Part shown: piece by piece, positions 1 through 13,300 of the stretch
Numbering within the stretch: position 1 is the first letter of the stretch
How the letters are laid out: each line of letters opens with the position of its first letter
Notes under the pieces: generated by a model
Told to the model about the DNA's origin: nothing
The model's database searches: none
What the model saw: only the letters and a program-made list of their open reading frames with translations
Assembly: GCF_964355755.1 (NCBI RefSeq)
Contig: NC_092673.1
Location: forward strand, 26,843,648-26,907,647
Length of the DNA: 64,000 nt
DNA from: Antedon mediterranea
Taxonomy: Eukaryota; Animalia; Echinodermata
Direction of reading: 5' to 3'
Translations under genes and position numbers: made by a program

Positions 1-660
1 GGAAATAACTGGTTAAGAATAATAGGGAAATAAGTTACCTACATTTTGTTGAGGTCACCATAAATCCATCAATTTGGGTGAAAGTCTGGGTGAGAGTTAT
101 TTGACTTTTTTTGGCACAGCACATCTTTCTATCAGTAGAACCCAAAATAAAACTTTATTTCAATTACCGCAACTGTCCGACAGAACAGAAATTCAGGTTT
201 TACTTAAAATTAACTAAGGTATATAAACACTACACTATCAATCTATCCAAATATGGTAGTGATATGCCCAAATATGGTAGTGATATGACATCATCATGTT
301 CATATGGGCACATCACATTTTTTTGTCACATAAAGTTTGATAGACAGAGCTTTATTGATCCATCCTTAAGTAAATTCATTGCTTGAATAAAAATATAGTA
401 AACTATAATAAATTTATGCTATAAAAATATAACATAACAGGTAAATTAATTACAATTTACAAAACAAGAATTATACAGAAATCAATCAAATATAAAGACT
501 TTTTTCTGACTGTTATGCAAAAATTCGCTAGTATTGTATAATAACCTTGAAAAGGTTAAAGTTTGCCCTATATTTTATGAACCCTAAAACAATTTATTGT
601 TTGTATTGTTATATTAAATTGTGATGAATTGTGCAGAACACACCTGTGTAGTGAGTTACA

Positions 661-1650
661 TTATTTATCTAGGCTTGTGCTTCCCTGAATAAATTAATTT
701 ATCTAGGCTTGTGCTTCCCTGATTAAATATATGTACCGTATATTTCGGTGTATAAGTCGCACTTTTGACACGCAAATTTGACCTCTAAATTAAGGGTGCG
801 TCTTATACACCGAACATAAATGCCTCACCACACAGATTGTACATAGGCCTAGCCTAGGCCTATCGTCACCTCGTTTGCTAGGCCTGAGTAGGCTAGGCCT
901 AGCTAAAGTAACTAACTAACGTAACGGCAACCTGCTTCTGCCTAGTTTTCAAGGCATTTTAGCATGATGTTATACTAAAAATATGATGAAAAGATTTGTT
1001 CATTATGGCGATAAAATTTAATTTGTAAACGTTTACGTACGATTGGAATAGTATTTATTTATACAGTAGTTATACGCACGATCGCCGTACCCCCAGCGCA
1101 AGCCCTTCTTGGCGGCCACATGGTGTACGGTATTCGACTAGTATATTCTCCAGGTGATTATAGCATGGACCTAGCGTATACACTTCTTAGATACATGGAT
1201 ACTAATCGAATACGATTGTCCGTGAAAACGTCCGCCCTCTCGAAATGATCGAGCGAGGCTAGCACACATGTACGTGTATACACACATGGTCATGCACTCG
1301 ATGTTGCGGCTGTTGAGGCTGGGCGCGGCCGAGCCTAGGTAAGAAAAAACCTAAATAAAGGACGCCGTTGCAGATATAACAAAATATATTATTACAATAA
1401 TATTGATTACAATTTAAAAAAACATTGTTTTGATGAAATATAAGGTGCGTCTTATACACCGACGATATAAAAAATACCGATATTTTACTCTCAGTTAGGG
1501 GGTGCGTCTTATACACAGGTGCGACTTATACACCGAAATATACGGTATCTAGGCTTGTTCTCCCCTGATTAAAATTAATACATTATCTATAGGCTTGTAC
1601 TCCCCTGTGTAAATTTATTTATCTAGGCTTGTGTTCCCCCTGTTTAAATT
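661..1650. repeat. ~30-40 bp tandem repeat (ttatctaggcttgtgcttccctg...) split by a MITE insertion
   Basis: Two units at 661-730 and three at 1546-1650 flank the element at 736-1545. Confidence 0.75.
736..1545. mobile_element. Non-autonomous Tc1/mariner-superfamily (Tc2/pogo-like) MITE
   Basis: 27-bp TIR CCGTATATTTCGGTGTATAAGTCGCAC with a perfect reverse complement at the right end; TA on both sides; subterminal GGTGCGTCTTATACAC repeats; no transposase ORF. Confidence 0.85.
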
Positions 1651-3211
1651 TATCTAATCTTTTAAAATTTTTAATAATTGACGAAATATAGTCAGTTTGA
1701 TAGTAATTAAAAATAATTAGTAATAACAATGAATGACCTTTTAGTGTATTTACACATCATGTTGTCATTTAATATTTGTACATTAATTTTTAAAAAGTAA
1801 ACATTTATTCCCAACGAGCAAATCGGCAAGGTAAAGCTTCGTCCGCTGTTGGATTTAGCGCCTTCAGATTTCAAGTTGGCCTTAAGAAGAAGAAGAACAT
1901 TGATTTTGTCCATGTAACAATCAATGAATACAGTAGTGCATGTCTAGCTAGAGCCTTGCAGCTAACAGAAGCCACTGTTAGCTGTTTGTATTATCTGGGG
2001 AATTGTGTGGATTTCTGACGAATATCTATATTACTATTATTATTTGACAAGAATTGATTTTATTATTTGATTATTTAAATTGATAATTACTACTTAAGTA
2101 ATTGCTTAATAAGAAATTGCATACTACTTAATGGATGAGTAATATAAATAAATTAATTTATTTTTATGGTTATGCCTGAAGTAGTTGTGTTTACATTCAT
2201 TTAGTAATATTAATAATAATTAAAATAGAAGAATCCTTCACCATTAGGGCAAAAACAAAAAAAAGTGTCCCCCGAATAGGGGCTGGCTTTAGTGTTAAAC
2301 ATATTTCTTATCATTCATTTTGTCCCCTGAATAAGGGTATCCCAAAGGAGGCGTTTGAACTTTTGAAAAAAAAGAAGTAAATTGAAACCCTTTTGAACTT
2401 TACCAACATTTTCTTGGAATTTTTTATCTTTTAAGAAATCTGGTTTTGAGCGAGTTGAAGCTCTGTCTCCACTATCAAACTAGTTTGACAAAAAAGTGTG
2501 ATGTGCCCAAATATAGTAGAGATACTGTACGACATCATAATGTCGATATTGGCACATCGCATGTTTTTTTCACATAAAGTTTGTTGGTGTAGAAAGAGAA
2601 AAGTCTGGAATTATGTTATATTATTAGTTTAATTTTGACAGAATAGAACCATTTTAAATTTCGAGACTAAAGCTCCTGCAGTCTCTACTCTGCTTTCCTC
2701 TGATTCAATTATCATTGACTGCTGAGCTGTGGAAATTTCCATCACCTATTTCTCTTACTGAACAATGAATGGTACCGTACCCACACCAGTCTATAACAAG
2801 ATTCTCTAATAATCTTTTATGGAATTATTTAATCGAAATAATTAGCTCAAGTAGCTAATCTTTTATTTTGGAATCTCTGGTCCATAGAAAGTAAAATTGC
2901 ATATAAATCCTGATGTAAATTAATAAACAATTAGACTGTACTAATTACTACACTCATCTCAGGATAACATTCCAACTGGAGAGCATTTGTGACTAAGATG
3001 TTGTCTTGAGACTAAAACATTTTCACTTATTCGCTAATTAATTCTACACATTAGAGGCCATATCGATTTTCTTAAAAATTCATAAAAAAGGTAGAAAAGA
3101 AAGGATAGAAAAGGAGGGTTAGAAAAGGATATCAAAATACTGGACATGTTTTTAACTACTTGAAATAGGGCAGGGGTTGGAGTTTACCCTCTTCGTGGTG
3201 ATATATATTGT

Positions 3212-3460
3212 GAGGGCGTGTGGCGCAGTATGTTGGACGTTCGACTACTGATGTTGAGATCGAGGTCGAATCCAACTCTCACCTCATTGCTTTTATCCTT
3301 AGGCAAGATACTTTACTTACGTTTGCTTCTCTCCACCCAGGTGTATAAATGGGTACCCGGTTAGATCAAGACACAACTTTGCGCTGATTACTAGCTGCAT
3401 TATGGGATATGTTTCCATACGTGTGGGCTTGCTTATCCGCTATATTAATATTATTATATT
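3212..3460 (+). mobile_element. tRNA-derived SINE with conserved central domain
   Basis: A-box-like TGGCGCAGT, B-box-like GGTCGAATCC, then TCCTTAGGCAAGATACTTTAC and CTCCACCCAGGTGTATAAATGGGTACC, ending in a TAT-rich tail. Confidence 0.7.
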
Positions 3461-4189
3461 TAATAAAGAAGTATCTTATATTTGATAATAATTGATATTG
3501 ATTATTAAACTTCTGTATATTGGAATGTTGCCAAGTCCAACTATTAAAATCGTCACAACGCAACTACATAAGCAAGAAGACACGCGCATCATTGCTCCTA
3601 GAGTCCTAACCACTTTCATTGAAACCGCTCAACTTTCCTAATAAGGCGTAAATCAGAATAATTGAGACAATGTAATCTGATCAGCGTAAATCCAACTTGT
3701 CGTATTTAGCAGACTTGTATTCCCATAATTAAATCGTCAAATTGGAAAACTCGTTAAAGCGGAACCTATTAATTAGATTGTGTCAAATTGATACGCATCA
3801 GTTTTTTGTTGATGCTTATTCTACGAGGGTAACCAGAATGTTTTTGTTTATGTTCTTGTCATTCGTAGTAATAACGTATTTTTGATGAACACCAAATACG
3901 TCATGATTTATTGATTGAACAATTAAGATGTAAGAGCTTAGAATATTTTTCCAATTAAGCAATTAAGCAATTAACATAAAGGCTTTAATCGATACAGGTG
4001 ATTAATTGCGTTTAATTGCTATGTTATGACGCAGTATCGTTTTGTTAATTAAGTTTACACTAGTTGGCAACAATATTGCATCCAATTTTGCTGTAAGTAA
4101 ACTACTACAACAATTGGCCTACTCACTGTACAGTATCAAACTCACAGTTTCTGTACAGATGATAACGATATTGATTGCATGAGTACGCA

Positions 4190-4400
4190 ATTGAATCATT
4201 TTCTTTCTCCTCTATACAAGTATCCAGTTTCTGTTTCCAAGACAGACCGAAACCCCGAGATGAAGCTTTCGCAAATCTCAAAGTATAACTTGACGACAGA
4301 CCAGGCACGCATAACTTACAATTAAAAGTTGATACTGGCGCACAAGCAACCACGCTCCCACTAAGAACATAACGTCACATGTTCCCGTACAATTTGAATG
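4190..4400 (+). pseudogene. Fragment of a Gypsy-type LTR retrotransposon aspartic protease
   Basis: Translates LQLKVDTGAQATTLPLRT*RHMFP (retropepsin DTG motif) with in-frame stops. Confidence 0.7.
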
Positions 4401-4477
4401 CAAAAAATAAACATATTTTTGATAAACACTAAATACGTCATGATTTATTGATTGAACGATTAAGATGTAAGAGCTTA

Positions 4478-5096
4478 GAAAAAAATGAAAACGCTCAATA
4501 GTGATATCACTATCATGAAGTTGTTTTATATGACGACGATCCAAAGTGTATATCTTACTGTCTGATTTGTAACTATTGTAATTTATTTAAGAAAGATAAA
4601 AAAAGGCTAAATCAAGTTGTGAAAAGAGCTAGTAAACTTATAGGCGATATGCCAATCTGCCTGGATGAATTATATAATGACAGATCAATACAGGCTGCTT
4701 TGCGTATAATGGGTGATGTCAGTCATCCCCTAAATGATCAGTTTATTCGATCCCGAAGTGGTAGGCTTTGTGTCCCTAAGACAAGAACAAACCGATCCTG
4801 TTACGCCTTTATAGCCAACGTCATACATTTGATAAAAAAAGATAGGAAACTGTAGTGTTAACGTATCATTGTTCAATTCTTCCTTTTTAGTATTGTATTT
4901 TTAATGTTTTTATAATTTTATGATAAAAGCCTTTAATCTGTATGTTTTTATACTTTTACCTAGCTTTTAATGTATATTTGTGTATTAGTTGAATTTGTAT
5001 AGTATATCTTTGTTTTTTTAATATTTTTCATGCCAGTTTTAAATGGATTTCCATTTATATTACTATGGACAATAAAATAATATCAGTATCAGTATC
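4478..5096 (+). mobile_element. 5'-truncated non-LTR retrotransposon (Rex1/Babar-like) 3' end
   Basis: KMKTLNSDITIMKLFY...KKRLNQVVKRASKLIG...DVSHPLNDQF..RSGR resembles the post-RT region of Rex1-like ORFs; AATAAA then a (TATCAG)n tail. Confidence 0.7.
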
Positions 5097-5121
5097 GGAA
5101 TATTTTTTTTTATGCAATTAA

Positions 5122-6713
5122 AGGGGGATTCTGGGTTTAAAATTGCTTTTAAATATCGTTTATTTATTAAATAAAAAATATTATAACAATATAGACATGT
5201 CAGAATGAAGAAGTAATAACGAGAAATTAAAAAAATTAAATTTCATATACATTTTAGGGTAATTCATGGAAAGTCTGTTTTTCAGCAGCTTAGGGAAGCT
5301 CATTAATATTCATGAGATATTCACAAAATCACGTCACCAGTGGATTCCAAACTCGCGACGTCATGTACGTTGTGTTTGTCAACTAATTTACATCTCTCTC
5401 CCCTGTCAAACGACGACCACCCGATCATTGTGAAATACATTTTTTGTAGATTTTCTAAGCTAGGCCTAAAGTGTAATAATAACAGTAGTAGCATATATTT
5501 ATTTGACATTTAATGAAATACAAAATTTAGTACAGATACGGAGTCATAAATTATACTTATACTATTTTTATACCTCTATAGTACAGATCGTATTATTATC
5601 GGCTTCACGTACAATACTACTCTAGGCCTAGCCTAATAATAATATGGGCGAGAGCCATTCTGACTAGGGATTCCATGCCACGATGGCTACGTTAAAACAA
5701 TGGGGCCCATGGGCCTAGCTAGCCTACTACTAGACGATTGGCCCATAAATAACAATACCCATCCTAATCCTATCAACCAAACTCCTAAACAATCTAAACC
5801 TAAAACGTTCTACAAAATCGGCTGTAAATATTGAAGCAAAACAAGGTCCGATCGCCGTCCACACGTATTATGGTGTCCCGATCGTCTAAGTAGGCCTAAA
5901 ATAAAATAGGCTTAGTTTACTCTCCAAAAAAGCGGATACTCGTGCATCAAGCAAGTAGACCAGGTAGTAGGAAGGAGACCTAGCCGATCCGGCCCAGTTA
6001 AAAATTGAGCTAGCTAGTGTAGTAGACCCTATGCGAATTGATACTACCAGGCCTTTTACTATAGGCTGCACTACACAAATATTCCAACTCTCTCATTCGA
6101 GCTATATTATCTATACCATTCCGGTAGGTCAAGTCGACCTTCAATCAAATACTGTACATCGTTCATGTTGTGATTATAGACGGGGTATACTCGACCCGAC
6201 CAGTTTGGTATTGTTGTATCTGCTTATCACGTGACGATGCCAGGCATGGGGCAGCAGAGAGAGCACGTGTATCGTCGTCTCGCTCGATCCTCAGCAGGAA
6301 TGTACAGTATACGTTACGCTTCATTGATTTTGATTTTTCCCTAAGTCGGTGCGAAAATCGGCAAACGTAAAGTGCAAACATATCTAATTTTTCACTGTTT
6401 TGATGAATTTTCATAAAAAATTGACTTTATAAAATGGGAAGACCGACTAAAATTACATCAGATAAGTATAATTTTACAAAAGTAATTGATATGGTTTATG
6501 ATAACGAGTCGTCGGAAGATGGACCATTTCACGAATTTCCTATTTTGTAACCACAGTGGGATTTTGCCGTAGCTGCACTTGTAATCTGGCCTGATTTCAC
6601 AGCCTTCGTTCTGCCTCACTGGGCGCTTATATAAATTGAAACTTTTACCGTTCAAGAGACAAACAAATATATTTTACATTTTTTACTATTCATTTTAAAC
6701 CCGGAACCCCCCT
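5122..6713. mobile_element. Non-autonomous DNA transposon with TTAA target duplication (Kolobok-like)
   Basis: TTAA|AGGGGGATTCTGGGTTTAAAA ... TTTTAAACCCGGAACCCCCCT|TTAA. The empty site (gcaattaacataaagg) is visible in the duplicated segment at ~3968-3983. Confidence 0.8.
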
Positions 6714-7355
6714 TTAACATAAAGGCTTTAATCGATACAGGTGATTAATTGCGTTTAATTGCTATGTTATGAAGCAGTATCGTTTTGTTAATTAAGTTTA
6801 CACTAGTTGGCAACAATATCGCATCCAATTTTGCTGTAAGTAACTACTACAACAATTGGCCTACTCACTGTACAGTATCAAACTCACAGTTTCTGTACAG
6901 TAAAATCCCTCATTGAACCCCAATTAAAAGGGACACTTTTCTATTTTGAAATGAAGTGAGGAAGAAGCAATGATTGTAACATTCTGACCAACCCCAGATT
7001 CATTAGAACCAAAGGTGTAATAATAATAGGTGTTCTTCTACTGTGTAGTAGGACAATTTGATGTGTTATCCCAGAATCTTCTGAGAAGTAAAGAATTTTA
7101 TTTTTTTGAAAGAAATTAAGAAAATTGTTGTTGCAAGATTCTTTATATAGCTTACAAACCAATGGAAATGCACTCAGAGTGTCTGCTGAAAGTAAGGGAT
7201 TTGTGTATAGAGAATTCTTTTACTAAATGCTGCATACAACCCATACTGTAGCGTAAAGGGGTATGGTAATTATTATCAATCACAAATACCAGTGTTCTGG
7301 ATTATTTTAATAAAATGATAATAATATTTGTGTGGTTTTTTTTTTACAGAAGAAG

Positions 7356-10300
7356 ATGTCCCCAGGAGAAGCAGAGGACTTTCTAAATGAGACAGGGGAT
7401 GAGAACCAGGAGAGGGGAAACTGGTCCAATAAACTAGACTTTATACTCTCATGCACTGGCTATGCTGTAGGCCTTGGAAATGTTTGGCGCTTTCCATATC
7501 TCTGCTACAAAAATGGAGGAGGTACAGTATATTTCGACGCTCTTATTTATTCCTATTAATGGGACACTTTCAGGACCCAACAAAGTGTTGGGCTGGGGTT
7601 GGTTGTAGTGTTCCCCTTATTTAGTTCACAAGAAAGTGTCACCATAATATGGATGTCCCCTGAATTGAGGTATCCCAAACCACCAGAGGTTATACTGTAT
7701 TTTCCTAATTTTCATTTCTTTATTTTCTCATATTCATCCATTTATTTAATCTTAAATCTCAGATCTTTATTTTCGTTCATAATTTCTTCTCCTTTATTTC
7801 AAATTCAATGCATTTTCTTTCTATATTATTCACATTAATCAACCAGTTATTCTGTCACAGTGTCATTTAAATTGTCTTTATTATTATACTATTAATAAAG
7901 TGTTTGTATATTTTGTTTGTTCAGGTATAGTTTGTTTAAGTAATAGTAAATTGGCTGTTGTATTAAATGAACACATCCCTCTGTTGACTGAACAGCTGTT
8001 GCATCATCCTACAGAATGAGAAATGTCAACTTTTATTATATAAAATAAATCTTTTTTTTGTAAATTCCTGACTAGGCTACTGTTTTTAATTTTGAGGTCA
8101 TGAACTGTGTCTGCAGCCTTAATATTACAGTAATAAGTGTAGCTATTTTAAAATAAAATATAGCTTTTTATCATCATGATGGGGATCCAAGGACTAGCTC
8201 GGCATACACACCTTCCCATCTAAATTTTGAATATTGAAATGTAAAAGAAAGAACATTCAGTTCAGCATTTTTTATGCCCCCAGCCCTCTTGATTTCAAAA
8301 TCCTGGATCCACACTGATCATCAATTTCAGTGCAACACAATGAATTAAGTCCATCAGATGAATGTTATAGTTTATAGGCTATGTCATGGCACAGCCCTAC
8401 ATTTTTTCACTGCTGTACTGTGATCAAATACATACCTACAAAATAGCCGAGAAAGTAGTTGTTCATAGTGACGTAATTACATAATTAGTTGCCTGTATCG
8501 TATACTGAAATAACCCACCTGCTGGGGTTAGTTTCAACGACTACCTACCCATCTCGTCCCGTCTCGTCAGATTTCTATGAGGTAAAGATGACCTATCCCG
8601 AGGCATGCTGTGATGTCAGAGCATGGTTCTCTCACACTATGATATTAGAATACATTCAGAACAACTAGAAAAACAAAACTACATTACATCCATGCATGGG
8701 TGGGACATTACTATTCAAATCAGAAGGGTATTCAATAGTGTTCTCAATAAAATACCCAAGTTATTAAATATTGTTAAGATCAGCTGATAGATATTCTATG
8801 AACATTGCATAGAGTTTAGTATAGATGACATACAAGCAAATCAGTACAGTAGGTCAAGGTCAAAATGCGTTCAGCTAATACCTGCATAGTTTTTGACTAA
8901 CATTGCATTAGATATATATTTTGTTATATTTAAAAAAAAGGTTGCAACTGTCCCTGATATAAATGAATTTGAATAAGAAGCTGGGGACTAACTTAATTAA
9001 CCGACATTATATAAAACTGTTAAAATTATACTCATTTTAGGCTTACAATAATATTAATATATCCTGGATTTATATAGCGCCTAATGTTGTGAAGCCTCTA
9101 AGCGCTGTACATAAACTAATACGATAAAAGGGATTCCAACCATGCTGCTAATATACTATTAATAGTAGATGTATAAATTGTGTGAAATGAGTGAAATTGA
9201 TTTTGGCCACGGATGTACCTGCTAATTCATTGCCACTCCCTTATCTGAACTTGATATTAATGCAGAATTATATGCGTTTGTGTTTTTAATTAAGACTAAG
9301 GGTGTAATGGTAATATAATTAATAATCACCAGTAAGTTTAAAGATTTTTAACAATTTTTTTTTAGGTGCATTCCTTATACCATATCTCATTATGTTAGCC
9401 TTTACTGGTCTACCAATCTTTTTCTTGGAAGTGTCAATCGGTCAATACAGTAGCCAAGGACCAATCACATGCTGGCGGTCAGTACCCCTTCTCAGAGGTA
9501 AGTGTAATTTATCGTTATCCCAAGTTTATAAGAAGGATATTATATCATTGTAATGCGTACTTACCTATGTTGAATCAAGTTATAATGTTTCTACTAATAC
9601 ATTATAAAAAGTATTTTGAAACGATAAAGCAGATGCCTAAAACATAATCCAGTGACCAATCGAGGATTTTGAAATACTGTAGGATGGGATGGCGATTTAG
9701 GAAAGCCTTGGATGGCTGGATCAAATGAGAACAATATTAAAAGGTTGATCAGCTAATAATGCCATATATGGAGAGACAGCAATTGTAATGTAAACAAAAA
9801 ATGAAACCTTCTGTGAATTATTATTTGGAATCATTTTTGGACTAAAAATCCAACAGTAACTTTCCAACTACAGGATGGAAATTGTTTTATAATTTAAAAT
9901 TAAGTCTCATTTGAGGCTAGGGACTGGGGTTAAAAGAGTCGTGAGTTGTAACCCTGGCACTAGGTCAAGATTGAACCCTGGACCATGGGATTGCAAGGCA
10001 AGCATTATTAACCACCAAGCTACAGCTCTAGATGTCCTCTAATATCAAGTTATTGTAAACCCAATGCTATTTTATACAAATGAGTAAAACAGTTGTTTAT
10101 GAGAATATATAATTCAAGAGACCTTGTTTATTTCCTTTTTCCCAGACAGTGAAAGGTGTTGGTAACTGGGCCTCTGTATTAACGTTGACCTTTCACACCC
10201 TTAGGTCAAGTACCATAGCAATAAAGAAATCCCAGTTAAAGGTCGCCTATGTCTACTTTTTAATTATGGAAATTTATTTTATTGTTACTACTGCAGTAAA

Positions 10301-13300
10301 GTTTCCTTGAACCAAAAGAACATAAAGAAATATTTAGAGATAAAATGTGTAAGTTGTAATTGTTAATGCTTGGCACTTTATTTCTGACTGTTTCATTTAT
10401 TGTATTGATTATAGCTTTTTTCTTGTTTTGTTTGTATTTCCATTGATATCGTTCTGGCTGGGAGACTGCCGTATTTTAGACTTGAACGGAAAGGGGATTC
10501 CCCTCACATAGTCACCACTCTATACTGCTCCTTACCTCCCTGGTCTCTTGTTGATAAATAGAGGGATCCCACCACCCATAAGTAATTTGACTAATCATGT
10601 GATTGGTCAACTCAATTCCGTTGTGCCTACATTGTTGCGGTGTGTCCTGGTGGAAACCGAGCCTTAGCAGAGGGGATAATACTGATTGTAAAAAGTAAAC
10701 ATTAAATATCTTGCATTGTGTCCTGGTGGGAACTGAGCCTTACCCGAGGTGATAATACTGAATGTAAAAAGTAAACATTAAATATCTTGTGGTGTGTCCT
10801 GGTGGGAACTGAGCCTTACCCGAGGTGATAATACTGAATGTAAAAAGTAAGCATTAAATATCTTTTTAGGCATAGGATACGGTATGGTGATGGTGTCAAT
10901 TTACGTTGGCGTGTACTACAACGTGATCATCATGTACGCAATCTACTACATCTTCGCGTCTTTCACCAAAGTACTGCCATGGGCAGGTTGTCGGCACGAG
11001 TGGAACACGGACTACTGCAACGAGGTCTTTGACGAATGCATCAGCAGCCAGGGCATTATGAATTTTTCCAACGCATGCGTTAACTTGACCTCTCTCAGCG
11101 ACCTAGACTTGGACTTGTACAACATTACTGAAGAAAATGGTGTTTTCGATATCAGTAATTACTCCGATCCGTTTGCCGAATCTCGTAGACGTGCGAGCGA
11201 AGAATATTGGAAGTAAGTTTTTGTATTCTGCATGATTTTATATATTTTAACAGAATTTCTGTGAGTCAGTTTAAATTAATTCACCCAATATCCCAAAACT
11301 ATATTGTGGTTACCCACAATATTGGACTTCCAGCCAGTCTAGACCTCAGAATGCACTTTAAAGAATAGAACACAAGGCTTCAATAGATCTGAAATAACAT
11401 TTAACATTAACAATGATAATATAATACCTGATTTTTATAGAATAACTATTTTTTATTAATAGATTGATAATGTGTAATCGTTATTCTTATAAATGAATTT
11501 TAGATTTTTTTTTTCTAATTTGTCATATATTTCTATTAAAACCTTTTTTCCTGAGAAATTATACCAATATCTATGAAATATGAAAGCATAAACATTGTAC
11601 GTTGTTTAAAACCATTACTTGCCTTGGTTCCCCATCTACGTCATTTTTTAAAATTGGTGTAGTTACACAAGAGACAATACATTGTTTTGTAAACACTGTA
11701 CAGGTTCTTAGTATTTCCATGAAATCTCAAATCCATCAGTGATAATTTGTTGTTTTCATTTATAAAATGAACTATCTTGAATTAATGATAATGATATGCT
11801 TCTGTTTTTTGTGTGACATGATAATTAACAATTTTGCATGAATTTAAAGTTAAATCATCAGAAAACAATGTATCAAAATGTATAGGAGAATTTATTTTAA
11901 TTTACTCAATCACATATTACAATATTACAAACGTCATTATGTTCAAACAAGTAGTTATATTTTGTATATTGACATACCAAACAAAATAAAAAGTTGAAAA
12001 AAATATTATTTTAATTCAGGAAAATTATGGTAAACAATTAATTATCTCCATAATAATATTACAAACAAATTTAATTTATTCAATATTTTCAAATATATAG
12101 ATTGATATTACATATCTTCCAACAAAACAAGCAGTTATATTTTGTATATTGACGTACCAAAGAAAAGAAGATTTTGAAAACAATTCTTTTTATTCAGGAA
12201 AGTTATGGTAAAGAAGGAATTATCTCCGCATTAATATTGCAAATAAATTTAATAAATTTTTTTTATTCTGGAAAACATTTTCAAAGAAAAATTATTTGGA
12301 CAAATCAATTTAAAAAGTTCATGATTTAGTATTTCTGAGTTTCGTCCAATATTTCTTGATGTTCTGGAAAAAATTGCTAAATTTAATAAAAAGTTTGATT
12401 TTTTGACAATTTGTTGGTCTAAACATTTTAGTTTGGAAAAAGTAAAATTCAAAAGAACATCTTGAAGGTTGGACGTAGCTCTTTCTTGTGAACTTTAAAA
12501 ATGTTTGTCTTTTCTGCAGAATATTTTCTATCGTCAGTAGGCGGACAAACACCTGTCTGAAAGGCAGCTAACATGACAGATCTGAAGTTGGTAAACCCCA
12601 TTCACACTGGTGAAATTCTAATCCTTGTAATAACAGGGTAATCATCTTGAGTATCTGCATGCCTGTCAACTATTAAGGGCTAAAGCTGACAATTATTAGT
12701 TTAATGGTGTTGATCACAGTTACAAATTATGCCATATTTCAAACCAGAATAAAACAGAAGTGAGCCCTCTATATCTGGTATTCCTCTTAAAGTTGACAGG
12801 TATGAAAATCTGCGATAAAAGAGACTATTCATGCCATCGTAAGGGACAGGGGAAACCTTTGGATGAAAATAATAAAAATGATGGGGGGTCAGGGAGGGGT
12901 TAAGAGAGTTTGGGGTGAACTTCATAACAATCAGTTCCCTATGAATATAAAGATTATATGTGTTCAATATATTAATATTTTGTTTGTTGTTGTGGACTTG
13001 TACTTTCATCTGTGCTTCATAAATTGACATTCTACCATCTTTTGTGTTGTTTGTTGTGTTCAAATAACCTCTTCTGTAATTAGTAACCATTTTCATACCA
13101 TACACTAAACTCTCTCTCTCTCTCTCTCCGCACATTTTTCATTTGATAAATACTCCATAATCATATTTAAACATAAAATTACCTAGGCACCATCCCTCTC
13201 AGCAGTCTGCGTTTTCAAGTCACACTCACAACCAATTACAGCTGTGTTTTCACCAAGTATCTCACTTTAAAAAGTAGTACACTGTGTACCTTCTACTGAT

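Noticed and set aside
6898-7698. Tigger-like ends apparently bracketing the first coding exon of paralog 1 (exon capture)
   Set aside because: The ends match poorly and are better explained as two separate degraded MITE fragments; the exon is orthodox and conserved with paralog 2.
12701-13135. 144-aa minus-strand ORF inside a paralog 1 intron
   Set aside because: Starts in a (GA)n microsatellite and has no recognisable domain or splice support.
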